This document shows, one piece after another, positions 28,847 through 40,600 of a stretch of 64,000 nt of DNA. The DNA lies in IMG/VR virus record IMGVR_UViG_3300023243_000009, positions 1-64,000 of that record. One strand, written 5' to 3'. The notes under the pieces were generated by a model. The model was not told where the DNA came from and ran no database searches. It saw nothing but the letters and a program-made list of their open reading frames with translations. The translations under genes and the position numbers were made by a program. Every line of letters starts with the position of its first letter. Position 1 is the stretch's first letter. This stretch comes from a virus.

Positions 28847-29626
28847 TTAAATTTTTCTTTGGGATGACGTTTTAAATGTAGAAGTGTAAGGGGTTAATTT
28901 AGGGTTTTCTAAATCAAATAATGCCTTAACGTGTCTAAATATTTCTATATTTTTTTCTTGTGTGCGGGGTGACTCATATATCTCCCAATTTTTACCCTTT
29001 AGGCGTTTTCCTGTTTTATCTTCACCTCGGGATTTAGATTTTAACCATAAAACCCCTACTCTGTCTACTTTTAAACCATAACACTCTTCATAACATTGGG
29101 CATAAAGTGCCCCCTGTAAATCATAGGTTGTTTGTAGCTGGTTAGATGTTTTGAAATCTATGATCCATCGTTCTGTTTTTCCTTCAAATTCCAATTCACA
29201 CACTAAATCACAAGTTCCTGCAACTTGGAGTATATCTGAAAATAAATGTACTTCAGCTTCTATTAATACGGGGTTATATGTTTCCCAAAAATCTACAAAT
29301 CTAAGGAACATTTGCCAAATCAATGCGGACATTTTGGGGTTACCATCGGGGTATAGAAATGTGATTTCTTCTCCGTTTAACCAATCCTCAATCATTTCGT
29401 GAACTTGTGTACCTTCGGCTGCTGCTTTTTTAACAATATGTTCAGAAGCGTATCCTACCTTTTTAAGCCAATCTTCAAAATATTTACCTTTAGGATAAGA
29501 ACCTAAAACATGAGTTATAGAGGGGTAATAATTACCATTTCGTCTATAATACCTTGAATCCGGCATCGTAACTTGTTGGTAATCCTTTGAAATTTCTAAT
29601 AATCTTTTATATGATTTTTTTAACAT
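28847..29626 (-). CDS. PD-(D/E)xK exonuclease (lambda-exo/Cas4/RecB-like)
   Basis: YPSITHVL, GTQVHEMIE, EVHL...AGTCDL...IIDFKTS, QGALYA. Confidence 0.85.
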   Translation of the reverse strand: MLKKSYKRLLEISKDYQQVTMPDSRYYRRNGNYYPSITHVLGSYPKGKYFEDWLKKVGYASEHIVKKAAAEGTQVHEMIEDWLNGEEITFLYPDGNPKMSALIWQMFLRFVDFWETYNPVLIEAEVHLFSDILQVAGTCDLVCELEFEGKTERWIIDFKTSNQLQTTYDLQGALYAQCYEECYGLKVDRVGVLWLKSKSRGEDKTGKRLKGKNWEIYESPRTQEKNIEIFRHVKALFDLENPKLTPYTSTFKTSSQRKI

Positions 29627-30549
29627 AATTGTAATTTTTTTTCAAGTAAAATTGAATAATTTAAAGGATATGTATTTTGGATTAAATTAATAAAACTATT
29701 AAACCCCATTTCTGAAGGGTCTTTATCTTGTAGATCTACAAGGTATACTTCTTTCCCCTCAGCCATTAATTTTTCACAAAATTTTAAAGATTGTTTTATA
29801 GCATCTTTATCTAGGGCAATGTAAATTTTATCTACTTTTGATGTAGCTAATTTTTTCATAACGGCTTGTGGTATATTTTTACCTAAAAGAGGAATTACAT
29901 TTCGTTTTATAGTCATAGCATCAAATAAACCTTCACATAATATAATAGGGATATCCCAATTAATTAAATGTTCATTAGATATTATATTCCTAGATGTTTC
30001 GGGGTTCATATATTTATATGAAGAATTATCATAAGATCGGGCTGTGAAATAGTTTAAAATTCCATCTTTATCATATGTTGGGATTATAATACGATTTTTA
30101 TATTTACCTGTAGAACAATACCCTATATTATATTTGATAATATCAGATTGCGTTATATTGCGTTTTTTTAAGAATGCTAAAGCATGCCTCGCCATAATAT
30201 CTGTTTTTGTTGGGGGATTAATTAAGCTAACGTATTCTGGGGGTAATTTTAATATATCTATGTTGTGATAGGTTCGTGTTGTTATAGATGATTTAACAAG
30301 TGAGTTAAGTTCTTGGATTTTAGGGGAATCTACCTTAATTTGTTTGAATAAATTATATATTGTAGTACCTCTCATATCACAGGACCAACAATGCCAAGGA
30401 TTTTTTCCCTCTTTATTTTCAGTTAAATTTGCTTCAAGTTTCTTTGATTTATTACAAAAAGGACAATCGTAAGCATAATTATTTCTTGCTGTGGGTTTAC
30501 CCGTGCCTAAAATAGAATTTACTAATGTGACTAATAGTTGGTTTACCAT
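29620..30549 (-). CDS. dnaG: DNA primase (Zn-binding + TOPRIM)
   Basis: CPFC...WHCWSC, RIIIPTYD, ILCEGLFDAM, IALDKDA. Confidence 0.9.
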   Translation of the reverse strand: MVNQLLVTLVNSILGTGKPTARNNYAYDCPFCNKSKKLEANLTENKEGKNPWHCWSCDMRGTTIYNLFKQIKVDSPKIQELNSLVKSSITTRTYHNIDILKLPPEYVSLINPPTKTDIMARHALAFLKKRNITQSDIIKYNIGYCSTGKYKNRIIIPTYDKDGILNYFTARSYDNSSYKYMNPETSRNIISNEHLINWDIPIILCEGLFDAMTIKRNVIPLLGKNIPQAVMKKLATSKVDKIYIALDKDAIKQSLKFCEKLMAEGKEVYLVDLQDKDPSEMGFNSFINLIQNTYPLNYSILLEKKLQLC

Positions 30550-30567
30550 GAAGGGTAATATATGAAA

Positions 30568-31044
30568 CTATTTTTTAGTATCCAAGAAATCCTTCCTAAA
30601 AAATTTTCCTAAAATGTTGTCGTTAATGTAACTATTATTACTCTCTAATACTCCTTTATTAAACAAGTATTTACATTCATAATACGTAAGTTGTTTTTTG
30701 TCTCCTACCAATTGTAATATTTCTCTTTTGAATTCACTCTGGTTGCCTTCTTTAACTAGTTGTAAAATTTCTTTTTGAGAGCCATGATACGTTTTCCAAT
30801 CGGATTCGGTTATGGTTTTCTTTTTAGATGGTACTCTACCTCTTAAACCTTTTTCTTTTCTTTCCTCCTGTAATAATATTAATTCTTTTTTTCCTAATTT
30901 TACATTACGTTCAAAGTATAATACTTTTTTACCTAGGTATTTTTTATCTGTTGGGGTGTGAGTTACCTCATATATGAAACCGTAAGTTCCTTCGGGAAAA
31001 TTTAATATATTAAGTATTTCTTTATTTTGATATAACCAGTTCAT
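30568..31044 (-). CDS. GIY-YIG endonuclease-like protein
   Basis: YGFIYEVT...KKYLGKK, ESDWKTYHGS, REIL...TYYE, YINDNI. Confidence 0.7.
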   Translation of the reverse strand: MNWLYQNKEILNILNFPEGTYGFIYEVTHTPTDKKYLGKKVLYFERNVKLGKKELILLQEERKEKGLRGRVPSKKKTITESDWKTYHGSQKEILQLVKEGNQSEFKREILQLVGDKKQLTYYECKYLFNKGVLESNNSYINDNILGKFFRKDFLDTKK

Positions 31045-31053
31045 AAGCTATTT

Positions 31054-31836
31054 TTATATTACAACTTTTAATACCCCCGCGGTATGGTAAAAAGCACCTA
31101 AAGTTAACCCCCCCGATAAGGCCGCAGCATTGTCAGCATACCCCGGAAGACCAACAACTTGTAACTTTGATGTAATTGTGGATGAGGTTGTATTTACCCC
31201 AACATTACCTAGATGATCAATACGCATTTTTTCAGAATCGTTAATCCTAAATTGTAAGTTTATGGTTGAACCATTGCTAGAAGCGGGGTTTGCACTTATT
31301 ATGGAACCAGTAGTGTGATTAGATAATTCTAGAGTACCATAACCCGATGGAGAAGAATGGTCTATATTAAGTGAGGTTACGAACCTCCCATCCCCATTTA
31401 CATCTAGTTTTGTAGAAGGAGAAGGGATACCTATACCTACACTGCCATTTTCCTGTATTGTAATAACTTCCCCTATACCACCCCCAGCATAAAATTTAAA
31501 TTTTGCACTGTCAAATCTTATAGTATTTGAAGCTAGTCCATCATTTTCTAGTATCCATCCTTGGTTTCCTTCTATAAAATTATTACTACCAAGGGTAGAA
31601 TTAATTTTTACATGATTAAAATAAGAAGTACTTCCCGAAAGATAAAGATTTAAAATTGGATGGTTTATATTATACCGCGGAGAGGATATAACCCCATCTA
31701 CCATGTCCAGAGATCCGGAGATGCTTAAAGCATAAGCATCAGCAGCTGTGAAAGCATCAACGGTTTGTTTTATATGTTCTGGTTTTATTACTAAACCATT
31801 AAGTATTTCAGATTCAAAATTAAGTATTTTTGCCAT
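31054..31836 (-). CDS. Short tail fibre/virion structural protein
   Basis: GSVGIGIPSPSTKLDVNG and RIDHLGNVGVNT fibre-type repeats. Confidence 0.65.
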   Translation of the reverse strand: MAKILNFESEILNGLVIKPEHIKQTVDAFTAADAYALSISGSLDMVDGVISSPRYNINHPILNLYLSGSTSYFNHVKINSTLGSNNFIEGNQGWILENDGLASNTIRFDSAKFKFYAGGGIGEVITIQENGSVGIGIPSPSTKLDVNGDGRFVTSLNIDHSSPSGYGTLELSNHTTGSIISANPASSNGSTINLQFRINDSEKMRIDHLGNVGVNTTSSTITSKLQVVGLPGYADNAAALSGGLTLGAFYHTAGVLKVVI

Positions 31837-31866
31837 CGCTAATATCGTATTTTATTATATGTTTTT

Positions 31867-32817
31867 TTACCTATCTATATTTATAAGAATTGTTGTATCC
31901 GTTGTTCGGGATGTAGGTAGTGGTTTTGCTAATTTACCTACTGCTAATAATTCGTAATCCGAGTTATATAGACCTATGGTTGTTATATAAGGATCGAAAT
32001 ATGATCCTGTGAGATAAGGATACAAATTCCCTTGGCTTCCTGAAATTGTTGTTGGGTTAAGGGAATAATTAAATTCATTTTCTGTTAAAGTACATTTATA
32101 TTGGGTCTCAAATAATTCATATGAACTTGAGAATGAACAAGTTACTTCACTAGATGAGATAAAGGAATTTATAAGTGTTTCATTTTGATAAATTCCTAAA
32201 TTATATAATGCTTCGCCATATGTAACATCGGGTTTGTTAGATATTGTTATGATACCATGTTGGTATACAATATTACCTAATATATAATTGTAATTTGAAC
32301 TACCATTGGGGGCCCAAAGTAATCTACCCTCACCATCGTCTTTAATAGAACCAGAAGTATTATGTTTTAATAAAAAGGATTGAGGTTGGATATAATCCCC
32401 ATAAAGTTTAGAGGGTATTGAAATAATACCTATTGAATGTGTTGGTAATACCTTATTAGACCAAACAGTGTTTTGCTCGTAATTATAGTAGTTTGTTTGT
32501 TGGATTGGGCCTGTAATAGTACCATCAGTATTAAAACTGGCAGTTACCGCATCTTGGATAAACCCCCTACTACCAGAAATATAGTTTCCGTAGTAGAGGT
32601 GTTTTACAGAATTATACAATAAAACTTCATACTGCTCAGACCCAGATATTTTCCCAGTTATTGTTTTGGTTGATAAAAAATTACCATTTTGACCAATAAA
32701 TCTGTCAATACCAACATCTGAGCCTGTTAAATTATCTCCAGAAAATGAAAATCCTTTATTAACTTCAAATGGAGTTATAATTATGTCCTGTGAATTGAAT
32801 TGTTTGTAAGCGCCCAT
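31867..32817 (-). CDS. Virion structural (baseplate/collar) protein
   Basis: C-terminal PYITTIGLYN..ELLAVGKLAKPL, shared with the neighbouring gene. Confidence 0.65.
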   Translation of the reverse strand: MGAYKQFNSQDIIITPFEVNKGFSFSGDNLTGSDVGIDRFIGQNGNFLSTKTITGKISGSEQYEVLLYNSVKHLYYGNYISGSRGFIQDAVTASFNTDGTITGPIQQTNYYNYEQNTVWSNKVLPTHSIGIISIPSKLYGDYIQPQSFLLKHNTSGSIKDDGEGRLLWAPNGSSNYNYILGNIVYQHGIITISNKPDVTYGEALYNLGIYQNETLINSFISSSEVTCSFSSSYELFETQYKCTLTENEFNYSLNPTTISGSQGNLYPYLTGSYFDPYITTIGLYNSDYELLAVGKLAKPLPTSRTTDTTILINIDR

Positions 32818-32822
32818 TCATT

Positions 32823-33896
32823 TTAGAAATCTAATTTAACTCTTATAAGTGCTTCTTTTGTAAAATCCTTAGTAAGAGGTTTGGATAATTTAGCTACAGC
32901 TAATAATTCATTTGAATCGTTATACATCCCAACAGTAGTAGGGAACGTTTGAGGGTTATCTATAAAATAATCATAAATAATTTCTCCAGTTGAACCCGAT
33001 ATAAAAGATGGATTTTCTGAATAGTTAAATTCTGAGTTTCTTGTTCTTACAAATATAAAGTCTGAAGTGATTGTTTCTTGAGAATTTAATTGAAATATGC
33101 TACCACTAGCATCCCCAACTGACCCTGAAATGTGTAGAAAAAGTTTAGAAGGATTATCAGCTGCGGTATTTGAACCTGTATTAGTTAACAAGTTAATCCC
33201 ACACCCATTATCAGTACCAGATAATCCTGGAGGTGAATTATCGTCTAAAGCTGAGGCATTTAATAGAATTGTTGAGATATCGGGGAGGAATAAACCGTAG
33301 GACCCACTATGTGAGTACCCATTTCCTTTATAAGGAAGTCCATCTGATCCACTAATAATTTGATATGCTCTTTGAGTACCATAATATGTGGGTAAATTTA
33401 CATATCTTGAATCATCAGTTAAATGTAAAGGTGATGTTAAATTACTATTACTACTTGATAGTACTAAATTTAAAGAACCAGGAAATAATTTTTCTTTATA
33501 TCTTGCTCTTTCTATACTTATAACATAAAAATCATTGTTTGGGGCTCCAGTAAATGTAGGACCAAATGTAAAATCGGAGTTTTCGTCTTCTAATACTAAG
33601 GTACGATATTGACCATAGATTGTTGTGGTTGGAGAAACATTTGTAACTGAGGTGTCAAAATTTAAACCACCACCCCCTAAAGAATTGGCATAAGCTATGG
33701 AAAATTGAACCGCGGATGATTCTTCAGTTGAAGAAGTTTGATAAACATTCAAATAATAGGGTCCAGAGGATCCTTCTTTTTGTACAGATGAAGTATGATA
33801 AGTGTCTAGTGATACTGAGTTGTTAGACCATACTGTAGAGGTAATGGTATTGGCACTTATTACAAAATCCTCAGGGTCAAATCTTTTAAAGCTCAT
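32823..33896 (-). CDS. Virion structural (baseplate/collar) protein
   Basis: C-terminal PTTVGMYND..ELLAVAKLSKPL, paralogous to 31867..32817. Confidence 0.65.
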   Translation of the reverse strand: MSFKRFDPEDFVISANTITSTVWSNNSVSLDTYHTSSVQKEGSSGPYYLNVYQTSSTEESSAVQFSIAYANSLGGGGLNFDTSVTNVSPTTTIYGQYRTLVLEDENSDFTFGPTFTGAPNNDFYVISIERARYKEKLFPGSLNLVLSSSNSNLTSPLHLTDDSRYVNLPTYYGTQRAYQIISGSDGLPYKGNGYSHSGSYGLFLPDISTILLNASALDDNSPPGLSGTDNGCGINLLTNTGSNTAADNPSKLFLHISGSVGDASGSIFQLNSQETITSDFIFVRTRNSEFNYSENPSFISGSTGEIIYDYFIDNPQTFPTTVGMYNDSNELLAVAKLSKPLTKDFTKEALIRVKLDF

Positions 33897-33897
33897 A

Positions 33898-34575
33898 TTA
33901 TGTTAATTGATTTTGTGTTATTATTACGGGGATTGTTACTCTTGCTCCACTATCTAAACCAATTACGGTTAATGTAGTTTTTAATTGGTTTTTATCTGGG
34001 TTAGAACTAAACAAGGTATTAATAGTTGTAGCTGTTATATTAAATTGGGTTCCAATTATAGTTTTAGATACATTTGTACCTAAAGTAGTAGTAGAAGTTT
34101 GGTTTTGAGTAGTTGCTGCTGTTGTATTAATACCTACACCATTATATTGAGATAATAATCTTATATCTCCTATAGTAGCGGCATAACCTCTAGTTTCAAA
34201 TGCTTGAGTATTACCTAAATAATTTAAGGTTTGAGGGGTTATAGATAATTGAGCACCTTGTTTTAAATTAATGGTAGCATACCCTAAATTAAGTACAGGT
34301 AATTTAGCTGTACCCCTAGGTAAAGTAACTAATTTATATTTCATGATTTGTTGCTCATCAGGAAATGCTTCTAGAAGAGGCATATTATCAATTGCTTCTC
34401 CATAGTAGGCAGAACCTGAAGGGTGAGTTGGATTATAAAGAGTATAATCTATCTCATCATCCGATAGTGCGAATTGTGTGATTCTAAAAGAACCATCATT
34501 TTTTGCTAGTAATTCTCTACCTTTTTTGGTAAGTATAGCGTCTACTGTTAGCACGCTGTTATTTAAATATCCCAT
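33898..34575 (-). CDS. Virion structural protein (tail-collar-fibre-like N-terminus)
   Basis: ILTKKGRELLA...ITQFALSDD; late promoter at 34596-34603. Confidence 0.6.
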   Translation of the reverse strand: MGYLNNSVLTVDAILTKKGRELLAKNDGSFRITQFALSDDEIDYTLYNPTHPSGSAYYGEAIDNMPLLEAFPDEQQIMKYKLVTLPRGTAKLPVLNLGYATINLKQGAQLSITPQTLNYLGNTQAFETRGYAATIGDIRLLSQYNGVGINTTAATTQNQTSTTTLGTNVSKTIIGTQFNITATTINTLFSSNPDKNQLKTTLTVIGLDSGARVTIPVIITQNQLT

Positions 34576-34605
34576 TTTGTTATATAATTATATGTTATAA
34601 ATATG

Positions 34606-37600
34606 TTATTTTATTACTCCTTTATCAATTAAATCCGTTACTATTGAAGATCCACTATTTTTAATATAATCCGTTGGAAAAGTTGGATAAATTATACCAT
34701 TAGCTTCAGACCCAGATGATTCTGCTGAATATGGGAATTGGGTATCTAAGATGAAACTGCTAGCTTTTGGAGTAAATCTTCGTATTAAAAAGAAATCTTT
34801 ATTTATACTTTCAGGTACTTCACTATCTAGTACTATTTTTATTTTACCTATTCCATCCACTATATTATTTTCAGGTGGTACTACTGATTTGATAATGTAA
34901 GTATAATTTTCGTTATTTCCAAATCGTATTTCATCTCCTGGGAAAAATTCTATAGGTGATGTAATTTTTGGGAATTGTGTTCCAGATGGTTCTACTCCAC
35001 TATCAAAATATTCACTAGGGCCGGGGACATATTTAAGTGGGCCCTGGTAGAATTTGCCACCATATGCTTCATTTATATTTGAAGAAGACATTATTAGTAT
35101 ATTTTTATCTGTAGAGTTTGGATATACCCAAAATGGAGAAGTTCCTTTATTGTCTCCTGCTAATAAAGATGTTCTTTCTCCAATTGTAGAAAGTTTAGAT
35201 GGAAATTTAAGACCTTCATAATCCGCGGGATATAATATATTGGGTCCAAATTTCTCTTTTTTAGGTTTTTGTATTTCTATTTTTACTTTAAAGTGTATAG
35301 AATCATTAGTTTTAAATAAAAATTCACCACTATTTGCTTTTATAACAAATTCTAAACCATTAATATCCCCTTTGAAAAAAGCACCACCTTTACCTTGAGT
35401 ATATACTCCTTTTTGTGTTAAAAATGAATTTAGAGGTACATTTTCAATTAATGCATAGTAACTTCCTCTTTGGGGGTTGTAAGCATTTATTGTGTCTGTT
35501 TTATATAAATTTCTTTTGCGTGTAAATGTGGTAGAGATTGGGCTAACAAATCTTATTAAATTATTAATTCCTGAACCTATTATGCTACCAGCATTAAATG
35601 GTTCTTTACCTGTTCTATGTACTATTAAACTTATATCTTCTAAATTAAATTCTACAGGAGTACTACCACTTACCATTTGAACATCAAAGGCTAATTCAAC
35701 TCCACCTGATTCATTTAAGAAACTAGTAGCAAATGAAGTTTGCATTGAAATACGTTGTGGGTTTTTATCAACACTTTCGCTGCCGTTGTCTCCAAATATT
35801 ATACTACCATTTACTGTAGTATAAGGATCTATATAGTTTGAACCAGCATTAAAAGGATCAATAACAACTTCTTCCGTAGGGTTTATTATTTGTGTATAAT
35901 TTGATGTTTTGCTGGTATATATTATGTTATTATTATCATAAGAGGATGTACCTTGAGCCGTGAAAGAATAATCTACGATTGTATTTATATCATTGTTATC
36001 ATACATACTAATACGTCCTGACCCTGTTAATGGGATTTCAAGAGCATAACCTGCACTTGAAGTTTGAGAATATAATATAGGGGTGGGTTTTGAAGCTAAT
36101 TTATAAATAGGATAACTATCATCTAGTTCCTGAGCATATTGGCTTGAAGATATAAAACCGATTGATATAGGGTTAGATATAGGGAATGTTTTTTCTAATA
36201 TATTGACACCATATCCCTCTAAACTTGGAGGTACGGCGTTGCTTTGTTGGTCTAATAAGTATGTTAATTCTAAAGATATTTTATCGTTTACTAAAGGATA
36301 TAAATCTTTTATGTTTTTAAAATAACCAAAATAAGCATCTTTTAATTCAATTACAGGGTTTTTACCATAAGTATCTACATCTTTAATACTCCATATATTG
36401 TATTGATTCCCGGTTGTTTTAGTACCATTATACCTAGGTCTAATAGATCGGGTGCTAGTATAATTTGAATCTGGGGTTTGAGCCTTATCTGCTGTGTTGT
36501 TTAATATTTGATCAAAATTAACAGGTGAAATTGAACCACTGATGTTATTATAACTGACATCCATTATAAATGAGTTATCTCTAATATCATTATAGTTATT
36601 TAATGTTGGTTGACAATCTAAAGCTAAATTAAATGGTAAAATACCTTCACCAAAATATGAAGGAATTATAAATCCACTTGAAGTTGGGATTTTATAAATA
36701 TTATTTGTTGGTGGTGATGATAAAGGAGCATATATAGATGAACTAGGTGATATGCTCATAGTATAACTTGTAATAGCTAAACCGGAATTAAATGTTGGTT
36801 TTATGACTTCTACAGCCATTCTAAATACATCATCATATTCAAAGGGGAATTCAAATGAACCTGTTAAAGTCACGTTCCCAGAAGATGATGAGTTTGGTAC
36901 TATAAATTGTTGGGATAATATTACATCCCCCATTTGGGTTGGGTTATCATAATTTCCTTTTTCTATTAATAATGAACCAGTTAAATTGTAAGCCCCGTCC
37001 TCTGAAGATGTTAATGCTTGTGTGATTAAAATTTTAGATTCTAAATCACCTGTTTCTAAAAAAGCAACATTAAAAGATTCATTATTTGTATCAGAATTGT
37101 AATCATAGTTACTCATTGAATATTCAATAAAGTACATATCATCTATACTATTTATATCAACTATATTAATAGTTGGAGAGTCAGGAAATATAAACTCTTT
37201 ACCTCCAAAAATAGGTTCTAAAATTGGGGTATCAGATGATGCGATAGTACTTACTGTACCAGTAGAATTAATCTTTTTTAAATGAGCCTGGATTTTGATT
37301 TCTGGGTGTCTACCCCCAGGTGATGAGAAGGAAGAGGTGAATCGTTGTGGATTAGATGGTGTTCCTTGGAAAGTAGTAGAATTAAAGGTATTTGGGATTG
37401 ATAAATATGAATTATTACCACTAAACCTTGCGTAAACTGACCCGTTAAAGGTAGATATGCGGTATTCAAAACTAGGTTCGGGGGATTTTAGTACTATTCT
37501 AAAAGCCATATGATTATAAGTAATACCAGAAAAAGTAGGTGGTTCTGGGATTTCGCCATTACTAATAACTATTTGTTTATTAGCATTGGATTGATAAATT

Positions 37601-40600
37601 TGGGGTAGTGTATACCAATTCTGGGTATTATTTGTGCTTCCGTATGCACGAGTTTGGATAGAAGCAGTATAATTAGATATACTAGCAGATATATTAAGAT
37701 TATATTTTATATAAATGTCATTTAAACTATCATTGTCTCTTAAAAAATATTCTTCAACACCATCATAAGATACTTCAATAGCTCCATCTTGATATACACC
37801 TTGTTTATTATTGGGGGAAACGGAACTTGACCAATTTACAATCGTGTCTTCAGGAAAAGATGAGGTAAAATTAGCATTTGGAGTAGATGACATTGTAGTT
37901 AAATCACTCCCAGATAATGGAGTCCAACCCGGAATAGCGGGAGATAAAATTCTAGGGGTTCCACCAATTTTTAATCTTGGAAAATGGAAATCTATAGATG
38001 CTGTTCCTGCTATTTTAATTTTGGGGTGACCTCCAATTTGATTAACAGATGAACCAGAATCCCCAGGGATTTGATTATTGTACTCTGATTTGAAAAAAGT
38101 ATTACTTACATCTACAGTTAAGGGTGAGGGTTTAAATACACCACTTTCAACCCCAAAATTAGAAAATGTAAAATTTTGATCCGTTAATGTAGCTCCGGTA
38201 TATTTGGATGATGAGTGGTAAATATTATTTTCGGAAATTATAACCCCCCCAGTTCCTAGAGAGGATGCGCTATATGATATGGATGCAGAAAAAAACCAAG
38301 GAATATTTGAAGTTCTTTTTGGATTATATGAACCAAAATTAAACTTTGATATGTCTGAAGTTATATTATTTTGGGGTGTTAAATCAGATCCGGAGTTAAA
38401 GAAAGATTGGGAATCATTCCCTGGATTATCCCAACTCCAAAAATATTGTTTTTGATAGTTATCACTTCTAATAAAATTACCCTGTTGGAGATTGTCATTG
38501 CCTACACCTATAGAGTCAGAGGTTCTATAATCCCCACTGACATTTAAACTCCAATTTTCTGAACCGGCACTAGTTGATGAAGTTATAGGGTAAAATTCAG
38601 TTACAATATCAGTAGTTAGGTCGGTAGTAGATGTTTTTATGTTATCTCCTTGAGTTTGTGAAATTCTTAATAAAGTACTATTTGCAAATTCAGTTACACC
38701 CTCAATTACATATTCTGCTACATTATTGTTGCTTCTAACAACAGCATCGGGAGTGATCCATTTAATTGAATTAGAATTAATTAAAAAATCTCCAATAGAT
38801 TTATTATTAATATCTTTATTAGATAACTTTATATATTTTACTTTAGCAATAGGAGGAGAAATAGAAATTTGTTCGGAAATGATCCACGCATCCCCGGATT
38901 TTGGGGAATTTTTGTTAAGTAAAATTTCAGTTTCGGTAGTAGTACCTTGAAAATAAGTACCATCTCCACTTGTTAAACTAAAAACAATAGGATTAAAAGA
39001 AATGGAATTATCTGTTACTTTTAAGTAAGGACCACATCCAGGGTTTAGGATTTGATCTGTTACTATTAAACTAGACCCACTAAATTCCCCATTATATAAT
39101 TCTCTTTGATCATGTATTTCTATATTTCCATATCCTACAAATTCTCCACTATTATTAATAGTATTAGATATTGAACCCTCAATAGTTTCACTATAGCTTT
39201 GAGTTAAGTTAAATTGATTATTTAAACCATATGCAGAGGCTGAGGGTGAGGTTTGTAAACCATTATAACGTTCTAAAGATCCCCCAGTTCCACCTGTGAA
39301 TTTATATATCGAAGAACCACCATTAGCTTCATATTGACCCACATCACCGGAACCTGTACTATAGTTTCGGGATTGGGGTTTTATTGAGCCACTATAAGTT
39401 TCATTAGACCAAGATACTTGAGCAGGTCTTTGTTTATTTCTTTCTAAAATATGTTGTTTTACTACTACACCCGAGCTTAAACTTGTACGTGCGGGAGTGA
39501 AATCTTTAATCATCTTAAATAAAGAATTATCAAAGAATTTTATTAATCTAATGAAATCAACAACGTTATAACTGTTAATATATTTTTCAAAATAAGCGTT
39601 TCTTAATGTATCTAAAGCAGGATAACTACGTTCATTCGAAGATATATGTCTAGGGTCTCCAATATAATCACCTATGTTAAAATACCCGAGTTGTGCATTA
39701 ATGTCATCATTAATTTGATCTTGAGGTGAGAATGCTACCTCTAAATAATTTACATCAGGTGTGTAGCTTGAACTTACAAAAGATTCTTGTTGTACTGATT
39801 GGAATGGGGATAATACTTTAATATCTCCATTTGACCCCGATGGAGATTCTGCAATGTCGTTACCTATAAGAGCAATTTTATCTGTTACTCTACTTTTTAT
39901 ACCTGATGGAACTTGGTCTTGGTATGTGTTTTCTATATTAGATACCCATTCAGCATTATTAATATAGAATGAACTATTGCTAGAAAAAGATTGGGTAATT
40001 TGAGATAAAGATCCTGTTACTTTTGGATGTATAGATGTTCTACTTTCTGTATTCAATTCCGTTCCTAAATCTGCTCTAAAAAATAATTCATTAGGGGTAC
40101 TATTAGTTGTAGTACCTTCAATAGAATAGGGGTTTAATACAAAATCATGAAAAGTATTTTGTGGTATAGCAGCATTAAAATATCTTAACTCTTGGAATGA
40201 ACCAGAGAAGGGTTGATATACATTAGAACCCAGAATAACATTTGTATCTTTATTTAAGAAACCTACCGTAGATTGTGAATAATGTGAAGAATCATATCCT
40301 GAAATATAATCTGACATATTAAATCCTACCCTACCATTAATTTCATTGGCTACATATAAAGTAGAGTTTGTGTTGGTATCCCCCATCGTAACTTGTACTG
40401 ACCACCAATCTTGGTTAAAGGCAGGGAAGTATATGCTAGAGGATATTGTAGGGTCGCTCGCATAAGCAGGTATCCATTTTAAAGTACCCCAAGTGTCATA
40501 TTGGTCAATAGATGAACCCGAATATGAACTACTAACTAAGCCTGAGCCTGTGTATTCTAATATTAGATTTCCCCCATCATCTGTTGACCATAACGATTGT

